Shown here: one piece after another, positions 37,101-43,064 of the stretch
How positions within the stretch are numbered: the stretch's first letter is position 1
How the letters are laid out: every line of letters starts with the position of its first letter
Origin: a virus
Virus record (IMG/VR): IMGVR_UViG_3300008262_000008
Strand: one strand, 5' to 3'
Length of the DNA: 64,000 nucleotides
Program-made: the position numbers and the translations under genes
The notes under the pieces: model-generated
Told to the model about the DNA's origin: nothing
Database searches by the model: none
Seen by the model: only the letters and a program-made list of their open reading frames with translations

Positions 37101-40100
37101 TGTTCTTGGGAATCTCTTTAAATATCTTTGATTACCTGGAAGAAGTGCCGTACCAACAAAGGGTCCAATCTTATAACTTGGAATTCCTGTAGAAGCTACA
37201 TAAACATAATTATCATTAAAATATACGTTTTGTACGTTGCTTGTATAAAGTTGAACAGAATTGTTAATTGAAATGTTATCGCTCTTACCTTTATTAAGAT
37301 CAATTGATACTAATAGTTTTCCAACAGGTAATGTATTAGGATCTCCACTTGCAGGTAATGTATATGTAAATGTAGTATCTGAAATAGATGTTACAGTATA
37401 TGTCCCATTATATAAAATAGGAGCTGCTCCATAAATTGTAACTTGATCACCAACTAAAAGACCATGTTTTCTAGTTGTTGTAACTTTTGCTGTTGTATAC
37501 CCAATACCTTCAGGAACAATACTAGATGCTTCAATTAGTTTTTTAACATTATATAACCATGTATTAATAAGAGTATCTGTTGTTGTTGCTCCAATTTTAG
37601 TGATATTTAATTTATCCCCAGAAAGATAATATCTTCCAGTATCAACAAGTTCAGTACTACCAGCCTCAACAATTCCATAAATTTTCAAAACTACTTCTTG
37701 TTGAGTTCCTTTATTTGCATAAACAAAGAAATTAGATTGCACAGAAGAAGCAGCTTGATGTTCATCTGCTAATCCATTTAATCCTCTGGTACATTCTAAA
37801 AATTGATTTAGTGTTTTTTCTTTATATGAAATTAATTCTCCATTGATTAGAATTTGACCATTCTTTTCGGGCCATCCAATAGTAGAATCTACAGTAATTA
37901 CACTATCTGTAGTAGTAATTTTTTCACTAAGTTTGGTAGTGTATGGAACTACAAAATTTCCAACTAAAGATTCTTTAGAAATTACAAGTTCAATGACACT
38001 ACTATCAACTACATTAATATTAATATAATTTTCTACTAATGCTGCAGCATATTGAACATTAGTATCGATTGGATCCTCAAGTTGTTCAATTAGAGCATCT
38101 TTTAAATTTTCTATCTGACCAGATATCAAATTTACACGAACAACAGTATCCACAGACCATGTAGCTGCAGATGGTTTAATAATCTGGTCTTTTGGATAAG
38201 AAACATCAATTTTTTCATTAAAAAGAATTCTGAAAAAATATGAAATAGAATTTTTTGTACCTTTAGAAGAATAAAACTCTTTGATAGTTTTAATAAACTG
38301 TGGTACACTAATTGTTGAAAAGTCTAATGTTGGGAAATATGGAGCAAATTCCTCAATAAATTTTTGAATAATTCTTCTATAGAATAAAGTATCTAAACTT
38401 TTTACTTCAGTACCTGCTTTATGAGTTGCTGCTAAAGATTGTTTTTCAGATTTAAATAACGCATTTCCTTTTGCATCATAATCATATATGCCACTGACGC
38501 CTCTCTTACAATTTACCAATTTTGATTTAGTGTACTCTGTACCCTTCTCAATAACTCTAAAACCTGTAATTTCATCAAAACCAATATCACAAGATGCCTT
38601 TGCAAATGGAGGCGCTGCGATTACGACAGTTGGTGGATTGAATGGATCATATCCTTCACCAAAATTAGTAATATTAATATCTGTAATTACACCATTAAAT
38701 ACTGTTGCTTCTGCGGTTGCATTTACTAAAGTTTTATCTCGTAGAGCAAATCCATTATCTCCAATTCTTGTATCTACAATATACACACTTGGAGGAACTT
38801 CATATCCAGATCCTCCACTTAATAGTTGTATTTGCGTTACTTGACCATCAGAGTTGACAATAACATCAAGTACTTGAGCACCTACAGGATCAATAATTTC
38901 AACTCTTGGTGGATTTGTATCACTATATTCTCTACCACCAGATACAACGTTTACTCCAATAACTTCGCCTTCAGTATTTAAAGTTGTGGTTAAAATTGCT
39001 TTTACTCCAGAAGAAGTTCCTGGAGCATCAACATAAACTTTTGGTGGTGTAGTATAGTTAGCACCTGAAGAACTTAAAGTTACAGATGTAATAGATCCAT
39101 TAGTAACAGTAACTGTATCAACTCTAGCTCCACCAGGATTTACAAAAGATAATCTAGGAATATTAATGTAACCACTTCCACTTTCGGTAATTAGAATATT
39201 GCTAACTTTTCCTTCATTATTTACTATTGCTTTTGCTTTTGCGGCAATTCCATTTTCAGGAGCTTCAATTACAATTTTTGGGGGGTTTGTAGATTCATAT
39301 CCTTGCCCTGGATCGAGTAAATTAATGGATTTTACTCCACCAATCAATGCCAGTGCTGTTCCACCTTTTCCTGAAGAAGATTCTATTGTAACTTTAGGTG
39401 TAAATTTAGACGTATAACCAGATCCGCCAGAAGTAACATTAATATTTTCTAGTTCACCAAAATCATTAATTACTGAAATTGCAGAAGCACCACTTCCTGT
39501 AGATTGAATTAATTGCTCACTTTCAACATAGGTCATCCAAAAATCAGCACCAGCTGCAGGAGCTTGCTTAAAGATAATAGTAGATCCTTGGATAGTAAAT
39601 CCATCCTCTTCCTGAGAATATGCAGTTAAAAGCTTTTTCCCAACAGATACGTTTGCAAAAATATCACTTACAGGAACATAAGGTTGATTATTTAATTTTA
39701 ATTCAAACAAAGTTTTGACACCATTAAATTGAGATTTAATGTCATCTATAAACACAACTTCATCTAAACTATATCCTTTCAAATAGAAAATAGAACATGT
39801 GGAAGAATCATCATTTAATTGTCTTGCTCTCGGTGCGGTTGCAAAAACAATAGTATCACCTACAACTGTAAAATCAATTCCTGGCTTCAAATATTCATTA
39901 TATACTTTTACAATTAAATGATATGCAGATGTTGGGGTAACTGTTAAACCAGAAGAAACTAAATTAAAAATTGTTGTGGTGCCATCATACAAGAAAAATG
40001 CATTAGCACATTCTTGCCACTTATTTCTATATTCAGTTAAACTTAAAGAATCTGATAGTACTACTTTTGGTGATTTTTGCACACCGCTATAATAAATGAC

Positions 40101-40406
40101 TTCATCATCAATTAATACACTTCCATCAGTATCAATGAATGAATCTGTACTTTGTACTACAATATCAGTAGAATTACTTGCCGCATCTTCAAGTAAAATA
40201 GAAGTATCTTGAAGTGATTGTTTAGTATAAAAATCAACATCAAAATATTCAACTAGTTGGTTGAGTATATTATATGATAGTCCCGTTTTCTCTTGAGATT
40301 TATAATAAGTCTCAAAGAATTTTTCAAACAGAGGATAATTTTCTCTGATGAAAGATGGTAACTGTGAATTGATACTAAAAGATGCTTTATTTAATTCCTT
40401 TGACAT
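16182..40406 (-). CDS. gp7: Giant gp7-like baseplate wedge initiator / adhesin-like virion protein (8074 aa)
   Basis: Uninterrupted 24,225-bp ORF directly after gp6. N-terminal SQLPSFIRENYPLF..F.E.YY and FY.SKGT..S..YFFRILF motifs are typical of cyanophage gp7. It contains YHYH, propeller-like, LamG-like, CBM-like and helical repeat modules. Confidence 0.85.
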   Translation of the reverse strand: MSKELNKASFSINSQLPSFIRENYPLFEKFFETYYKSQEKTGLSYNILNQLVEYFDVDFYTKQSLQDTSILLEDAASNSTDIVVQSTDSFIDTDGSVLIDDEVIYYSGVQKSPKVVLSDSLSLTEYRNKWQECANAFFLYDGTTTIFNLVSSGLTVTPTSAYHLIVKVYNEYLKPGIDFTVVGDTIVFATAPRARQLNDDSSTCSIFYLKGYSLDEVVFIDDIKSQFNGVKTLFELKLNNQPYVPVSDIFANVSVGKKLLTAYSQEEDGFTIQGSTIIFKQAPAAGADFWMTYVESEQLIQSTGSGASAISVINDFGELENINVTSGGSGYTSKFTPKVTIESSSGKGGTALALIGGVKSINLLDPGQGYESTNPPKIVIEAPENGIAAKAKAIVNNEGKVSNILITESGSGYINIPRLSFVNPGGARVDTVTVTNGSITSVTLSSSGANYTTPPKVYVDAPGTSSGVKAILTTTLNTEGEVIGVNVVSGGREYSDTNPPRVEIIDPVGAQVLDVIVNSDGQVTQIQLLSGGSGYEVPPSVYIVDTRIGDNGFALRDKTLVNATAEATVFNGVITDINITNFGEGYDPFNPPTVVIAAPPFAKASCDIGFDEITGFRVIEKGTEYTKSKLVNCKRGVSGIYDYDAKGNALFKSEKQSLAATHKAGTEVKSLDTLFYRRIIQKFIEEFAPYFPTLDFSTISVPQFIKTIKEFYSSKGTKNSISYFFRILFNEKIDVSYPKDQIIKPSAATWSVDTVVRVNLISGQIENLKDALIEQLEDPIDTNVQYAAALVENYININVVDSSVIELVISKESLVGNFVVPYTTKLSEKITTTDSVITVDSTIGWPEKNGQILINGELISYKEKTLNQFLECTRGLNGLADEHQAASSVQSNFFVYANKGTQQEVVLKIYGIVEAGSTELVDTGRYYLSGDKLNITKIGATTTDTLINTWLYNVKKLIEASSIVPEGIGYTTAKVTTTRKHGLLVGDQVTIYGAAPILYNGTYTVTSISDTTFTYTLPASGDPNTLPVGKLLVSIDLNKGKSDNISINNSVQLYTSNVQNVYFNDNYVYVASTGIPSYKIGPFVGTALLPGNQRYLKRFPRTQNTISVKTDTAPGAVGSWINGVSVWNYKSSESLKYGKLSDIKILDNGGGYDAGNPPNIVFTGGGGSGAAADVVVNGSITEIIVENAGDGYTSQPLISIVGGGGSGASATAVITNNKLSKILVDFGGEGYTSTPTISISGGGGDGASAYASVRGPIQNINVTNYGEGYIAAPTIEVSSGRGAEALAIVNNGRIVSIAVINAGIGYTSPPEVEIYGDGFGAKARAIISTSGDSIGKVLNIEILNRGINYNQGSTQIVLKSVGSGARFECKVFEWIFNYAFEKQLDASRGYVFSGLNNQFGGDYAHLSDPRQLRYVLGDNLEIRNGQVAEKIEGLVHSPILGWAYDGSPIYGPYGYSDPTDDKSIIERMVSSYKLLDSLTSSSPERIDGPLLSEYPAGSFIQDYEFSYNLGTLDEYNGRFCKTPEFPEGTYAYFVTIVEDTTNLDNLQGIPTFPYVIGPKYYSQVDAWNLSADSIQAYLPLDVVRFRDPFENVDTDLDRTTFGIVGDYITEDGELLTFEVEDSDQSGFINIAYELANVVGNFTENSIITSTRTIGTTLSRQIKAIVNLYDPIENTISLRYYAYTKEAGRWEPNTQYTAGQIVYSDGDGFNTGKLYRCSNTAISGASQPTVRSGYNDGGVNWVYLSDIGILEPGDRITFGLSNALLGDTIAELSDAIPSYRQEDVIGLYDYFPSVREESRVDIEIDTTTKFESAKIDGYVIENAGNNYKVGDKLVFDETDTDGYGVSARISKVEGKTISAYTFALGGSDGDTPIGTITCTENDGGTSTNLEHNLQVGDTVFVDTTPIMIQNQKDYKVRVIDGIEKLDIVQPGTGYNSDIPPSIEISGDGSDAIVEPVLQSTGVIEKVNIINSGNSYTFDPRLIISHPQIYKKTNYFFAKHWTQYNNVVINDIFGTSEKYYYICGKAADSNGNIVAIMAKYNDSGTLIWQKSLSSPYPGQGLRYADFQKIIVKGQEIFVVGQTKPNTTTQFNPDIVIAKYTENSTGLVCTLTWQKEISGVSGAIRQDTITGIAADKNGDLFVAGYTNTNSVSPQDAYLVFLRNDGDVIKRRKISLGGYSEKITSIAIDSKDNIHFTGEVLDIITPNAPTNILYGKASWNESTRAIDLHFIKDITCVSDVSDVSLRINEFDDIIITYNYSGASQFAVMSINANEIEYPNTGYDTITLRWHKAFSCTDVAAVETRYVSSNIDIFGQIQILTSVTTDSEVYSYQIKLSYDGDLVSNSKLFASENANSSTTKGFSFYPTSVHGDASGDTLVSGYSAYNSDTFILYHFDGVNGSTSVVDSSFNKRNGVTFGGASTISTAEFKHGTASLYIPSGSTDAFSIPAASTPIGNLMSNTNFTLEGFFRSGSTGGTTPVLFSCGNVGSTNHITLRYTRATGVINLQLRGTGSAENLGNSSSNAFTSDTWHHIALVKENLNYYVYLNGVRIINSSTATTVSTPNPIYIGSANGATQPLNGYVDEFRLSPYARYTGSSLTGQQVTATVNQFSSGIIVPKEGILIKIDKNREANKLGNYNSTFANIVATIVSGSFANNQTITYTGGSAAVSAYSLSGFGVGAVLTLTLTSPSAIIYPGMTITGPSGTATVTTVSYTYNYIYSSASAWSQSTVQDTSIDIQDYIPGVDNATILDFNELNSNLQSDYVTCSSSVNTWASRTATIPTPGGIKLKVNCKKGSKFYIRNTIPTKFRNVKRFTLNQSANFTPGATISEKVYATGLKTQNAVITKVDTVNKYVYVAYNTDATNFSDQTTITELSELVSDNINDVNEIKEYRLYSFKTQLNFQAGGTGDFTVGNKVKGATSGSTAVVTSWNSGTRTLVVENYNGLFVAGERVYEVANQSTVFWSLTTTSATTTVTPGVGTAGTFTLKIPNDDAARFKDFAEGIYYILINELYSVTNWTGNTSYSADQYVKNTTTGLVYRSTVSGTSGSTAPTHVSGTAADGTITWEYIGTQTTSNYFKNSLISLDVTQISLNTSPAGTEKTTLTISGLGLVKNITVITTVDKIIRIIPSGISATNQVYVGTQTAHYLNRDNIIFIEGNGSVGSPSEYDGSFSVNDIISSRSFTFNLPADATSNPAAASGIIIYAKSPVLNFIYGHQYNFDLSHPSNLGYFLSFSRDSLNRIEYSFNNIIRIGTPGIDAAGSSPKVTFKVDNLASSITYYFDPSHLGDESPVTENAYAIVRSTPYAGKFKVYSTSGGTVTSGDYKFSIELPFEPEGPAIAENTSYVTTSTTADGPIADIEFVSPGGFYKKLPVVTDISAVRTIERIQIENQGTEYEPGVYTKIPIIGDGVGGFIELEVTLEGEPGNETGKITSASLTSAGKGYTFGSIDIEGIDGILGPQLQGGGGKINVIIPPRGSGSSLYLKGTNIGKIKKLKNNNFGFDYSHDYTLKPEINFPVNLQLLNTSILRSINVTDPGSGYTVAPAVIITGGGGVGAEAEAVIKNGRISAIEIKNPGTGYSSAPDVALKSSFTFVVNVDLNYLQFSSPHGIPNGAEISFAAVEGTTTIGTPELPLSSFGRLSTTQTYYAIAGSENSLDADQLKIALTPQGAEIGDAITLINSGNGRLIIFTESFGGTAEAIVETARFLSDEYVYQGNSLSEQTAFGYVSKNNGWQTGPRLLKLENYSGEFIEGQKVTGLVSKSSGIIDNISRARGVLNINAVTQTSGKFADDTGKPSEIIQRLQDSYYYQNFSYAIKSKVVISKWRDSIKKNTHPAGFQVFGELVLDSVQETRKNDPSIEVTRSVSVGEIADLNTVESFAIVEPRYSEFDNSVVIFRSKRLTSSEQIITSTVQEFDDISSLFDGTRTAFPLTINGTNSIVSADKLLISLNGIVQAPGKAYTIVNGLQITEPDPDNPNQTITKTVQGIVFSDPPQPATTVKYVQIEIDKVFQSEIWIENIAGVIPDLGRTIVGQTSKVRASVISSESVLPSVSFDGSSSQVVDILSNTITIGKHSFVTGTEVRYTVPVGVIPLDPIPAGNITLYVIRVDESRIKLANTYANALGGVGIDITTLGTNRLGKTTDHTITNLNGITKLTVSNYVPSTQTGYDEFIELEEIRASSTGLIATISRIQNLNHPSIGRYRNASELIVANKDEVVKEAFADQQSYIFANYPDFVYPGAPTNSYRFKDGYRLIQANRQEIIDTASARIQTQFPTFTFGADPGSTVGIEPLVSNRYLDAKNLILANRAEILDRSLAEIAVQYPDFYYPGDVQSDTHSRFNDAYRLIQQNRDEIADRSIAEIATQYPDFVFPGDQTTDAQSRFNDAYRLIQQNKDEILDKSLAQVAIEHPDFVFPGDPQSNSSSRFNDAYRLIQQNRDEIADRSLAEIAVQFEDFYFPGDTRSDTHSRFNDAYRLIQLNKTEIVLTAWNNMLNVYPAAAATELKCKRDIGYFVDAVSLDVFLEGNKYTRQFVLQYFNNGVPIINGLVGEELASVEAFNQARTLMKRALTNQLTIKDLTITPDPDTGSNTNTNSCANVRTLIDNLSLIATTALGSGSISSLPSENAGQYNVNELKCRRDIGHFIDAVSLDIFLEGNKYSRKFVEQYFSATTTPITNGIQDEEDQAIVAFNMARDMMKSAITNQLYVKDLSLTPDPLIGSNQSPQSCANVRTSIDNLTNLITTTLIARDLNLLPIENAGSYQTNELKCRRDLGYLVDAVSLDVFMLGNKYTRKFAQQYFVNGQPLTNGLLGEYAQSISAFNQARNMMKKAVTNQLYVKDLTLTADSATNSNVSIDSCANVQSAIDTLIGVITTVFGTGGIESLPTENSGSYVAGKSKCLRDIKYFIDAISLDVFLENNKYSRKFVLQYFNKGTPISNGLVGETAQSVVSFNMARDMMKKAVTNQLYTKDLTLTEDPLTQSNVSPNSCANVRTAIDTLTAIVTTAISTSSVATLPSEGTSSFNTGENKCRRDIGYIVDAIASDIGIGGNASTITATKAYFNTAGTTLISNGVNGEVDQSVVAFNMARDMMKKAATNQLYNKDLSISAGPAVEGVGDVLESNLQSGNPNACTDVQSTISTLVLILTSTLQAGTLTALPELQSPSVLAAKAKCKRDIGYIVDAISQDLYDGNNINTITAIKAYFTSQGALITNGVLGEQTQSVYAFNQARDLMIQAVTNQLGFKDLNITADPATGSNTSATSCANVRSTITTLSLYLTTALTNGNLNGLPGTIISNSPYSPGELKCKRDMGYITTALAADISSGGNSNIWDNTKYYFTADGSPLANGLVGEEVQSIYGFQKVAYWAGQAANNQLTVKDLSIIADPSPEQGNSSNTNPFGCTDVRNSLSTLVTILTTCIQQANLSSLPLRNPGNWSDVTNPSTIFTKDETVLNLNGKDALVEDSNVTIFALDPCVINGTTPITYIAQNGTTQQGFGSTTIKLPSSTTTGIVTGQNGVNADAANGLRLNSTFIAQEALGYVKAKYPDLVIPVSDQTCARDIGYVISAIADDLEYGGNYRIIESTEAYYRGSTLVHINNQLEETIDAFNYARNLAIAAMRSWKVKLNVIRNGTSTITLVDQSTVNVIEGMTVTGTGIPNNTKVFKIIDSTKVQLTTSVPSGSGNLDFVMQSGKYYTDSAPISQPVGAPFPNLGVPDDDTNPSCASQASAIATSMAILTNGLANGLETLPNVSYPPTRPLIVVGAEVSGPGIDEDTKVVEVISFTEIVVNKPCLNTTGLPISFRQIDDRLVLSKITGTPQNPNGLFALVSGDYIYGKSSGQIVKITALGAYRDPVTGIPVNDGAPLQINSGTTFNGLVFNRIVDPENPNVVVDDISESSAKLVDINDDTVSVNTNFIEYQSIEDNVIEYTALNANNFEMDETITSIKLSVNGKTGNFTEGETLYSSKLSYKNISGLTYFPVIGGSSKIYGLTSGAETTLLNSDPSVRTIYTGPITGSFTLGETISNWKINVNGSTSRLNTTFFKFGSASLRTLGSSDWVYINDTEKFNLGSGNWTTECWIYPTTAATQTFLDFRNSGSDAGALTILRNSTGTITVRYNATDWTTTATASLNSWSHVAVVKNNTQVQIYVNGVGVATSFSDTRTYANRPLTIGNSYQNVSTGFTGYIDDLRISTNARYTNNFAVPSSEFVQDSYTLVLFNFNGTNNSNIILPTSYTTAEVSEKITVPILAKQVINAQNIVYTDAFDSSLNSYREAADVILKNSLFISEEASNELKYYYEDFQIPGDVGNNLSGTSTCRRDLQLLITAVAQDLSSGGDYYSISAAKAYISSNEQIRYLYQPGEAQQFGVGQLLQSLHAHFFVRDLCKKAVLNTLVDYDAQFTLERPISTLGTNIESDADAIASRIDYLWGVINDVLAPTAQRYRDACNLLWFNRDFIAKEAVAYTISQFKYTLNNVQYNALTFPSGAAGQSKCERDMKLLIDAVILDLLTGGQGYTIDGLKFYLADGVSITSVKNELLPTIVTLQKIKELAQKVINNEIYTAQYQTVTPISYPVRDYTITNDVGGCANVKSAIATLYDIMIAFLRPAGQNYQDASKLALYNKEYIVSETHKFITNTYTTLNLSASEITNAKAALDDYVDALVYDLLTNGNSGIVNYVSAYLNSSGTAVTSFIYKNVTATNAAYNKARDYTISAINETLVSPSPLTTFYAYTDPNISVSAGPTTKVTAETLILTSTLSSPQYLALNVTKTYGVSLPSPNYGTRILPNPVIGGITLGNYVYGQSSGSIAEVTSIIERTAKVKKIYTRIPVEFDVENSPVEAEFTNEEITNTTQSGTAEIYGYEVVNNTLFLDVIITSGAFDVDDIIEGNVSGSIATVLVGSTNRLKLIDISSQIEDGEYFTGLTSGADATLDQSLYNSAPIISNTGGKLTLDTENIEGYFYESQTVNSSDNEVIITVVEEGQTVSLTAGDTVISGKINKMTVDVDQSLADFDIGDSISLIDEISETKTGDESTIVGINETEYAEAYFENGISGTFAENDFVKLLDSQSQEVANAYVTSWNPTTNVLNLDNLVEITAGRLFAVRSIVVGDSPTINYGTVTKLSRRVEFYHTDTQNTVLPINSPNTEIGIDGTHIDASNLLISNKDFIAKEVSGYIKSQYPDFEFPGTPASQSDYSPSSSVSRFKDASNLIYANSDYIIEETTGYIKATYPDFMYPGTPTSQDYWLPSSSVNRFKDAGTLIKKNRQYIIDTTINNLIAAYPTFVFPNNDQTKCRRDLGYVIDAIANDLYDGGNANIYDATIAYFDQATGGLLSNGLVGELTQSIYAFNQVRDLCKLAITNNLPTTDLTITADPSTGSNTNTNSCSNVQSAITSLTAILTGILTDGSLINLPKRNVGTWTTGENKCKRDLEYFIKGVANDLYDGGNQNTRTNTLYYFSNATTLLTNGLAGEVTQSVAAFNYARDLMKAAITNTLPTGTYTGLTPVQDLTISADPTTGSNQNSSSCTQVQSAITTLTAIMTTALNAGNTSSVPTETVGTWSTNEVKCERDIKYWIDAIAHNVRYGGNSKVVNSALYYYDAVTGTFITNGIAGEESQSIAGLTYLKTLLPYVINNIPVPTSYQNARHELANYYAAVDQVFNDEVLYDDAYPTAYNINSCATVRSTINTLVDLYISILTDYANVPSTITYTTFDKGALIANKNTTTQNVIGKATIVSLEEVYNNQYSYATINKVVLVGSTKQLFLTSVVGNFNDYCRITSSGGYVSYNSKTTQVLGKVDRYFRGFDGVQTTFDLTYNNGIQYFPNTEGYVLIFVNGILQQPGISYITFSDKITFYEAPQFGSSFVGTYLGKLRILDDISFEFDSLRSSFNLKRNNSFYSLTVTEGSSALTKPDNNIIVSMNGVIQKAGEGYDLSGSRINFTEVPRTGSQFIGFAYIGSDADVVQDVVVPEVETDDILSIEGETEDRTVAVIESSNSLVTYNYDGPVYGKSAVLTAVISKGLISETQISAGGSGYTSRPEVVVTSTGGFDGQLKALVGVSSVNLVDGGYGYRDPEVIAATVELPNSTLLLGTGNVFGDFGLDEE
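17390..19030 (-). repeat. Second repeat block: three A units followed by three B units
   Basis: A units DASNLLISNKDFI, RFKDASNLIYANSDYI, RFKDAGTLIKKNRQYI. B units KCRRD (18608), KCKRD (18212), KCERD (17792). Confidence 0.88.
24150..26927 (-). repeat. Seven tandem ~130-aa (390-426 bp) KCxRD repeats (B units)
   Basis: The K codon of KCxRD begins (minus strand) at 26927, 26537, 26144, 25754, 25364, 24938 and 24539. Each unit has a second Cys in an SCANV/CTDV motif. Confidence 0.92.
26930..27840 (-). repeat. Seven tandem ~43-aa (129-bp) helical repeats (A units)
   Basis: SRFNDAYRLIQQNRDEIADRSIAEIATQYPDFVFPGD unit. The DNA anchor acgata recurs at 27015, 27144, 27273 and 27402, an exact 129-bp period. 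Confidence 0.92.
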
Positions 40407-40418
40407 TTCTTCCCCTTA

Positions 40419-42434
40419 TTAGAAGCAAGTACTATCTGATGTAAGCGTTGGCACTGTGACCGTTAAATCAACCGTATTAGTAATTGGTGCAACTTCAGCA
40501 ATGATATTAGGATCTAAGAATGAGAAATCAAGATTGACACCAACTGGAGATACATTCACATCTGGATATGTAATATTTAATACGGTTCCTGGGTCAGGAG
40601 TTAAAATAGTACCAATATTTGATGGTATTGCTGTGACAGTAATTGTCCCATTAGATACTACATTTATTGGTGCTTTCGTTATATTTATAGATCCAAAACA
40701 CATCTTTCCTGTTGAATAATCGACAAATCCTGCCTTCTTATTAGTGTATACTTTTTTTGCATTTTCTAAGTAATATACTCTAAGATTCCCATAACCATCA
40801 TCCTCAAAATATTGAGGAGTAGTTGGTAGATCTTTAGTATAAAATACAGAACTTCTTACTACGCTTGGCAAAACTGCTGAACAAGTTGGATCTAAAGTAC
40901 CCAACAAATTATCAACACTATCACCAAGGATACCGCCAAGTCCAGCATTTACTTGATAAAAAGGATTTCCAAAATTTAAACAATAAGTTTCAATCTGATC
41001 GAAGTTTGGAGAAAATCTTCTTGATATTGATAATTGAGCTTGCGTTGATTCGAATGCTTTATTGGAGTCATCAATTGACTTTATTAACTTAGATAATTGA
41101 AAATTATTATTGAATTGATTTAGTCCTTCCTGTTTAGCAAATTCTTTAATGATATCATTGATATTAGTTTCTAAATCACTTTCAGATAAATTAGTTTTAT
41201 ATGATTGATAATAAGTTAATGATCTTAAGTTTATGTACATTACATCTGCATCCAATACTTCAATATCAATAGATGCCATTGAATAGTTTCTTAAATCTTT
41301 AACAATTGTTTTCTTAGTTAAATTGTTTAGTTTCGTTCCTGTTTTAGTACGAATGACAAGATAAACTTTTCCATATACAGGTGGAGAAACAGTTTCTCCA
41401 CCATATGCAACCACTGATTCAATATTTGCATATACTTTTCTTGCAAGAGTTTCATAATCTGTTGCTGTAACTGCTCTATACTGTGTAGAATAATATCTTG
41501 GTGCTATGAATTTGATGGATTCTAATGTTTCTTCATCACTACCAAACTGTGATTTATCATTTGTTGTTAGTATACAACTTGATAGAGATATTACCCTATC
41601 AAAAGAATCCAAGACTTTTCCTAAAAATACAAACTCAACAATATCATTTGCTGGAGCTCCATTTGTTTTAATATATTGCAATTCAACAAGTTCATTATTT
41701 GATAGTTCTCTCCCCACAATACCATCACCAAAAATAATTTCATATCTCTTATCTTCTGTTTCTTGTAAGAAATAATTTCTTGATGATGCATCAATTTCAG
41801 TAATATTTTCAGCAAGAGTGTAAAGATCTACTTGTTGTGATTGTTTATTCGCTCTTATCTGAACTCTAAGCGTAGAGGTATCAACTTTATCATTTGGGAT
41901 AATGTATTTTTGATCTTGATTTTTGTTTACAAGGTAATTAAAAGTTAATAAAGATCCTTCATATATGATAAAAGCATTAAAAGTTGCCGTCCCATCAATA
42001 TTATTAACAGTTGTGGAGATATTATCAGGAATTACAAAAGTATATGATGTTCCATCAGTTCCAGTGCCACTAGCAACCAGACCTTTATATAAAGTTATAA
42101 ATGTTGGAAATTCTCCATTATTCCCCTTTTCAGTCTGAACTACTAACTTAACACAAGCTTTTGCTGCAACAATTGATCTTGGAGTATAATTTAGTAGTTT
42201 TGCAAGACTTACTACATTATCTCTGATTGTTGAACTACTTAAAAATAGTTCATTTACACTCATATTTGCATTAAATGCAGTATAATAAGTGTTATATGCT
42301 AACATGTCTAGCATATATGACAATGTAGAACCAGTAAAATCGTAATCTGTGAACTCTTCTTTGGTTCTCAGATAAGATTTTATGGATTCTCTAATCTCAA
42401 AAAAGTCTAAGGCAGTAAGATTTGAAGGAAGCAT
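40419..42434 (-). CDS. gp6: Baseplate wedge protein gp6
   Basis: 671 aa. LTALDFFEIRESIKSYLR..EFTDYDF.GS.LSYMLDMLAYNTYY.AFNANM..NE.FL.S.T.RDNVVSLAK.LNY.PRS, and Q.RAVT..DYE. Confidence 0.95.
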   Translation of the reverse strand: MLPSNLTALDFFEIRESIKSYLRTKEEFTDYDFTGSTLSYMLDMLAYNTYYTAFNANMSVNELFLSSSTIRDNVVSLAKLLNYTPRSIVAAKACVKLVVQTEKGNNGEFPTFITLYKGLVASGTGTDGTSYTFVIPDNISTTVNNIDGTATFNAFIIYEGSLLTFNYLVNKNQDQKYIIPNDKVDTSTLRVQIRANKQSQQVDLYTLAENITEIDASSRNYFLQETEDKRYEIIFGDGIVGRELSNNELVELQYIKTNGAPANDIVEFVFLGKVLDSFDRVISLSSCILTTNDKSQFGSDEETLESIKFIAPRYYSTQYRAVTATDYETLARKVYANIESVVAYGGETVSPPVYGKVYLVIRTKTGTKLNNLTKKTIVKDLRNYSMASIDIEVLDADVMYINLRSLTYYQSYKTNLSESDLETNINDIIKEFAKQEGLNQFNNNFQLSKLIKSIDDSNKAFESTQAQLSISRRFSPNFDQIETYCLNFGNPFYQVNAGLGGILGDSVDNLLGTLDPTCSAVLPSVVRSSVFYTKDLPTTPQYFEDDGYGNLRVYYLENAKKVYTNKKAGFVDYSTGKMCFGSINITKAPINVVSNGTITVTAIPSNIGTILTPDPGTVLNITYPDVNVSPVGVNLDFSFLDPNIIAEVAPITNTVDLTVTVPTLTSDSTCF

Positions 42435-42868
42435 TATTCAGCTCTCTTTAAAATGAAGTCTATTGATTGAACTATTGGTTGTCCTACAATTGTATAGGTT
42501 ATTTCAACGTCCAACTCATTACTATCTTCATAACCAGTAACAATCACATCAGAAATAATTATTCTCGAATCAAAATTATTAACAGTATTTATGATCTCAT
42601 CCCTAATTTCTGTGACTAAAATGGGATCTAGAGGTTCAAATAATAAATTATATACTTTACTACCAACATTAGGTTGAAATAGTTTTGTGCCAAGACCAGT
42701 TAAAACTAAATTTTTGATAGCATTTTTTATAGCTTCTTCATTTTTTAATGAAATTGCATCTTTAGTTGAGTAATTCACGCCTAAAGACATAGCAATATCT
42801 CTAAATGCTTTGCTCGTTAGAGTACCAGAAGCTGAATATCTATCAAATTTTTCTGATCTTACGGTCAT
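42434..42868 (-). CDS. gp25: Baseplate wedge subunit gp25
   Basis: 144 aa. KNEEAIKNAIKNLVLT..G.KLFQP..GS...LLFEPLD...EI..TVNNFDSRI, upstream of gp6. Confidence 0.92.
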   Translation of the reverse strand: MTVRSEKFDRYSASGTLTSKAFRDIAMSLGVNYSTKDAISLKNEEAIKNAIKNLVLTGLGTKLFQPNVGSKVYNLLFEPLDPILVTEIRDEIINTVNNFDSRIIISDVIVTGYEDSNELDVEITYTIVGQPIVQSIDFILKRAE

Positions 42869-42869
42869 T

Positions 42870-43064
42870 TTATTCGTGCCATCTCTCTACGAAATCATCA
42901 AATCCATATGAACCACCGCAAGGTCTAGAATAACGGTCTTCTGGCACATTATATCTAAAAGATTTTAGGTATCTTTCGCTACCATAATCAGTTATTAGGC
43001 ATTTTGTACCTAAATCTTCATACATTATATCAAAATTACGATCTGGATTTGGGGAAATTGCCAT
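42870..43064 (-). CDS. Conserved cyanomyovirus hypothetical protein
   Basis: Track ORF 42870..43091, but the likely start is the ATG of MAISPNPDRN. Occupies the usual position upstream of gp25. Confidence 0.7.
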   Translation of the reverse strand: MAISPNPDRNFDIMYEDLGTKCLITDYGSERYLKSFRYNVPEDRYSRPCGGSYGFDDFVERWHE

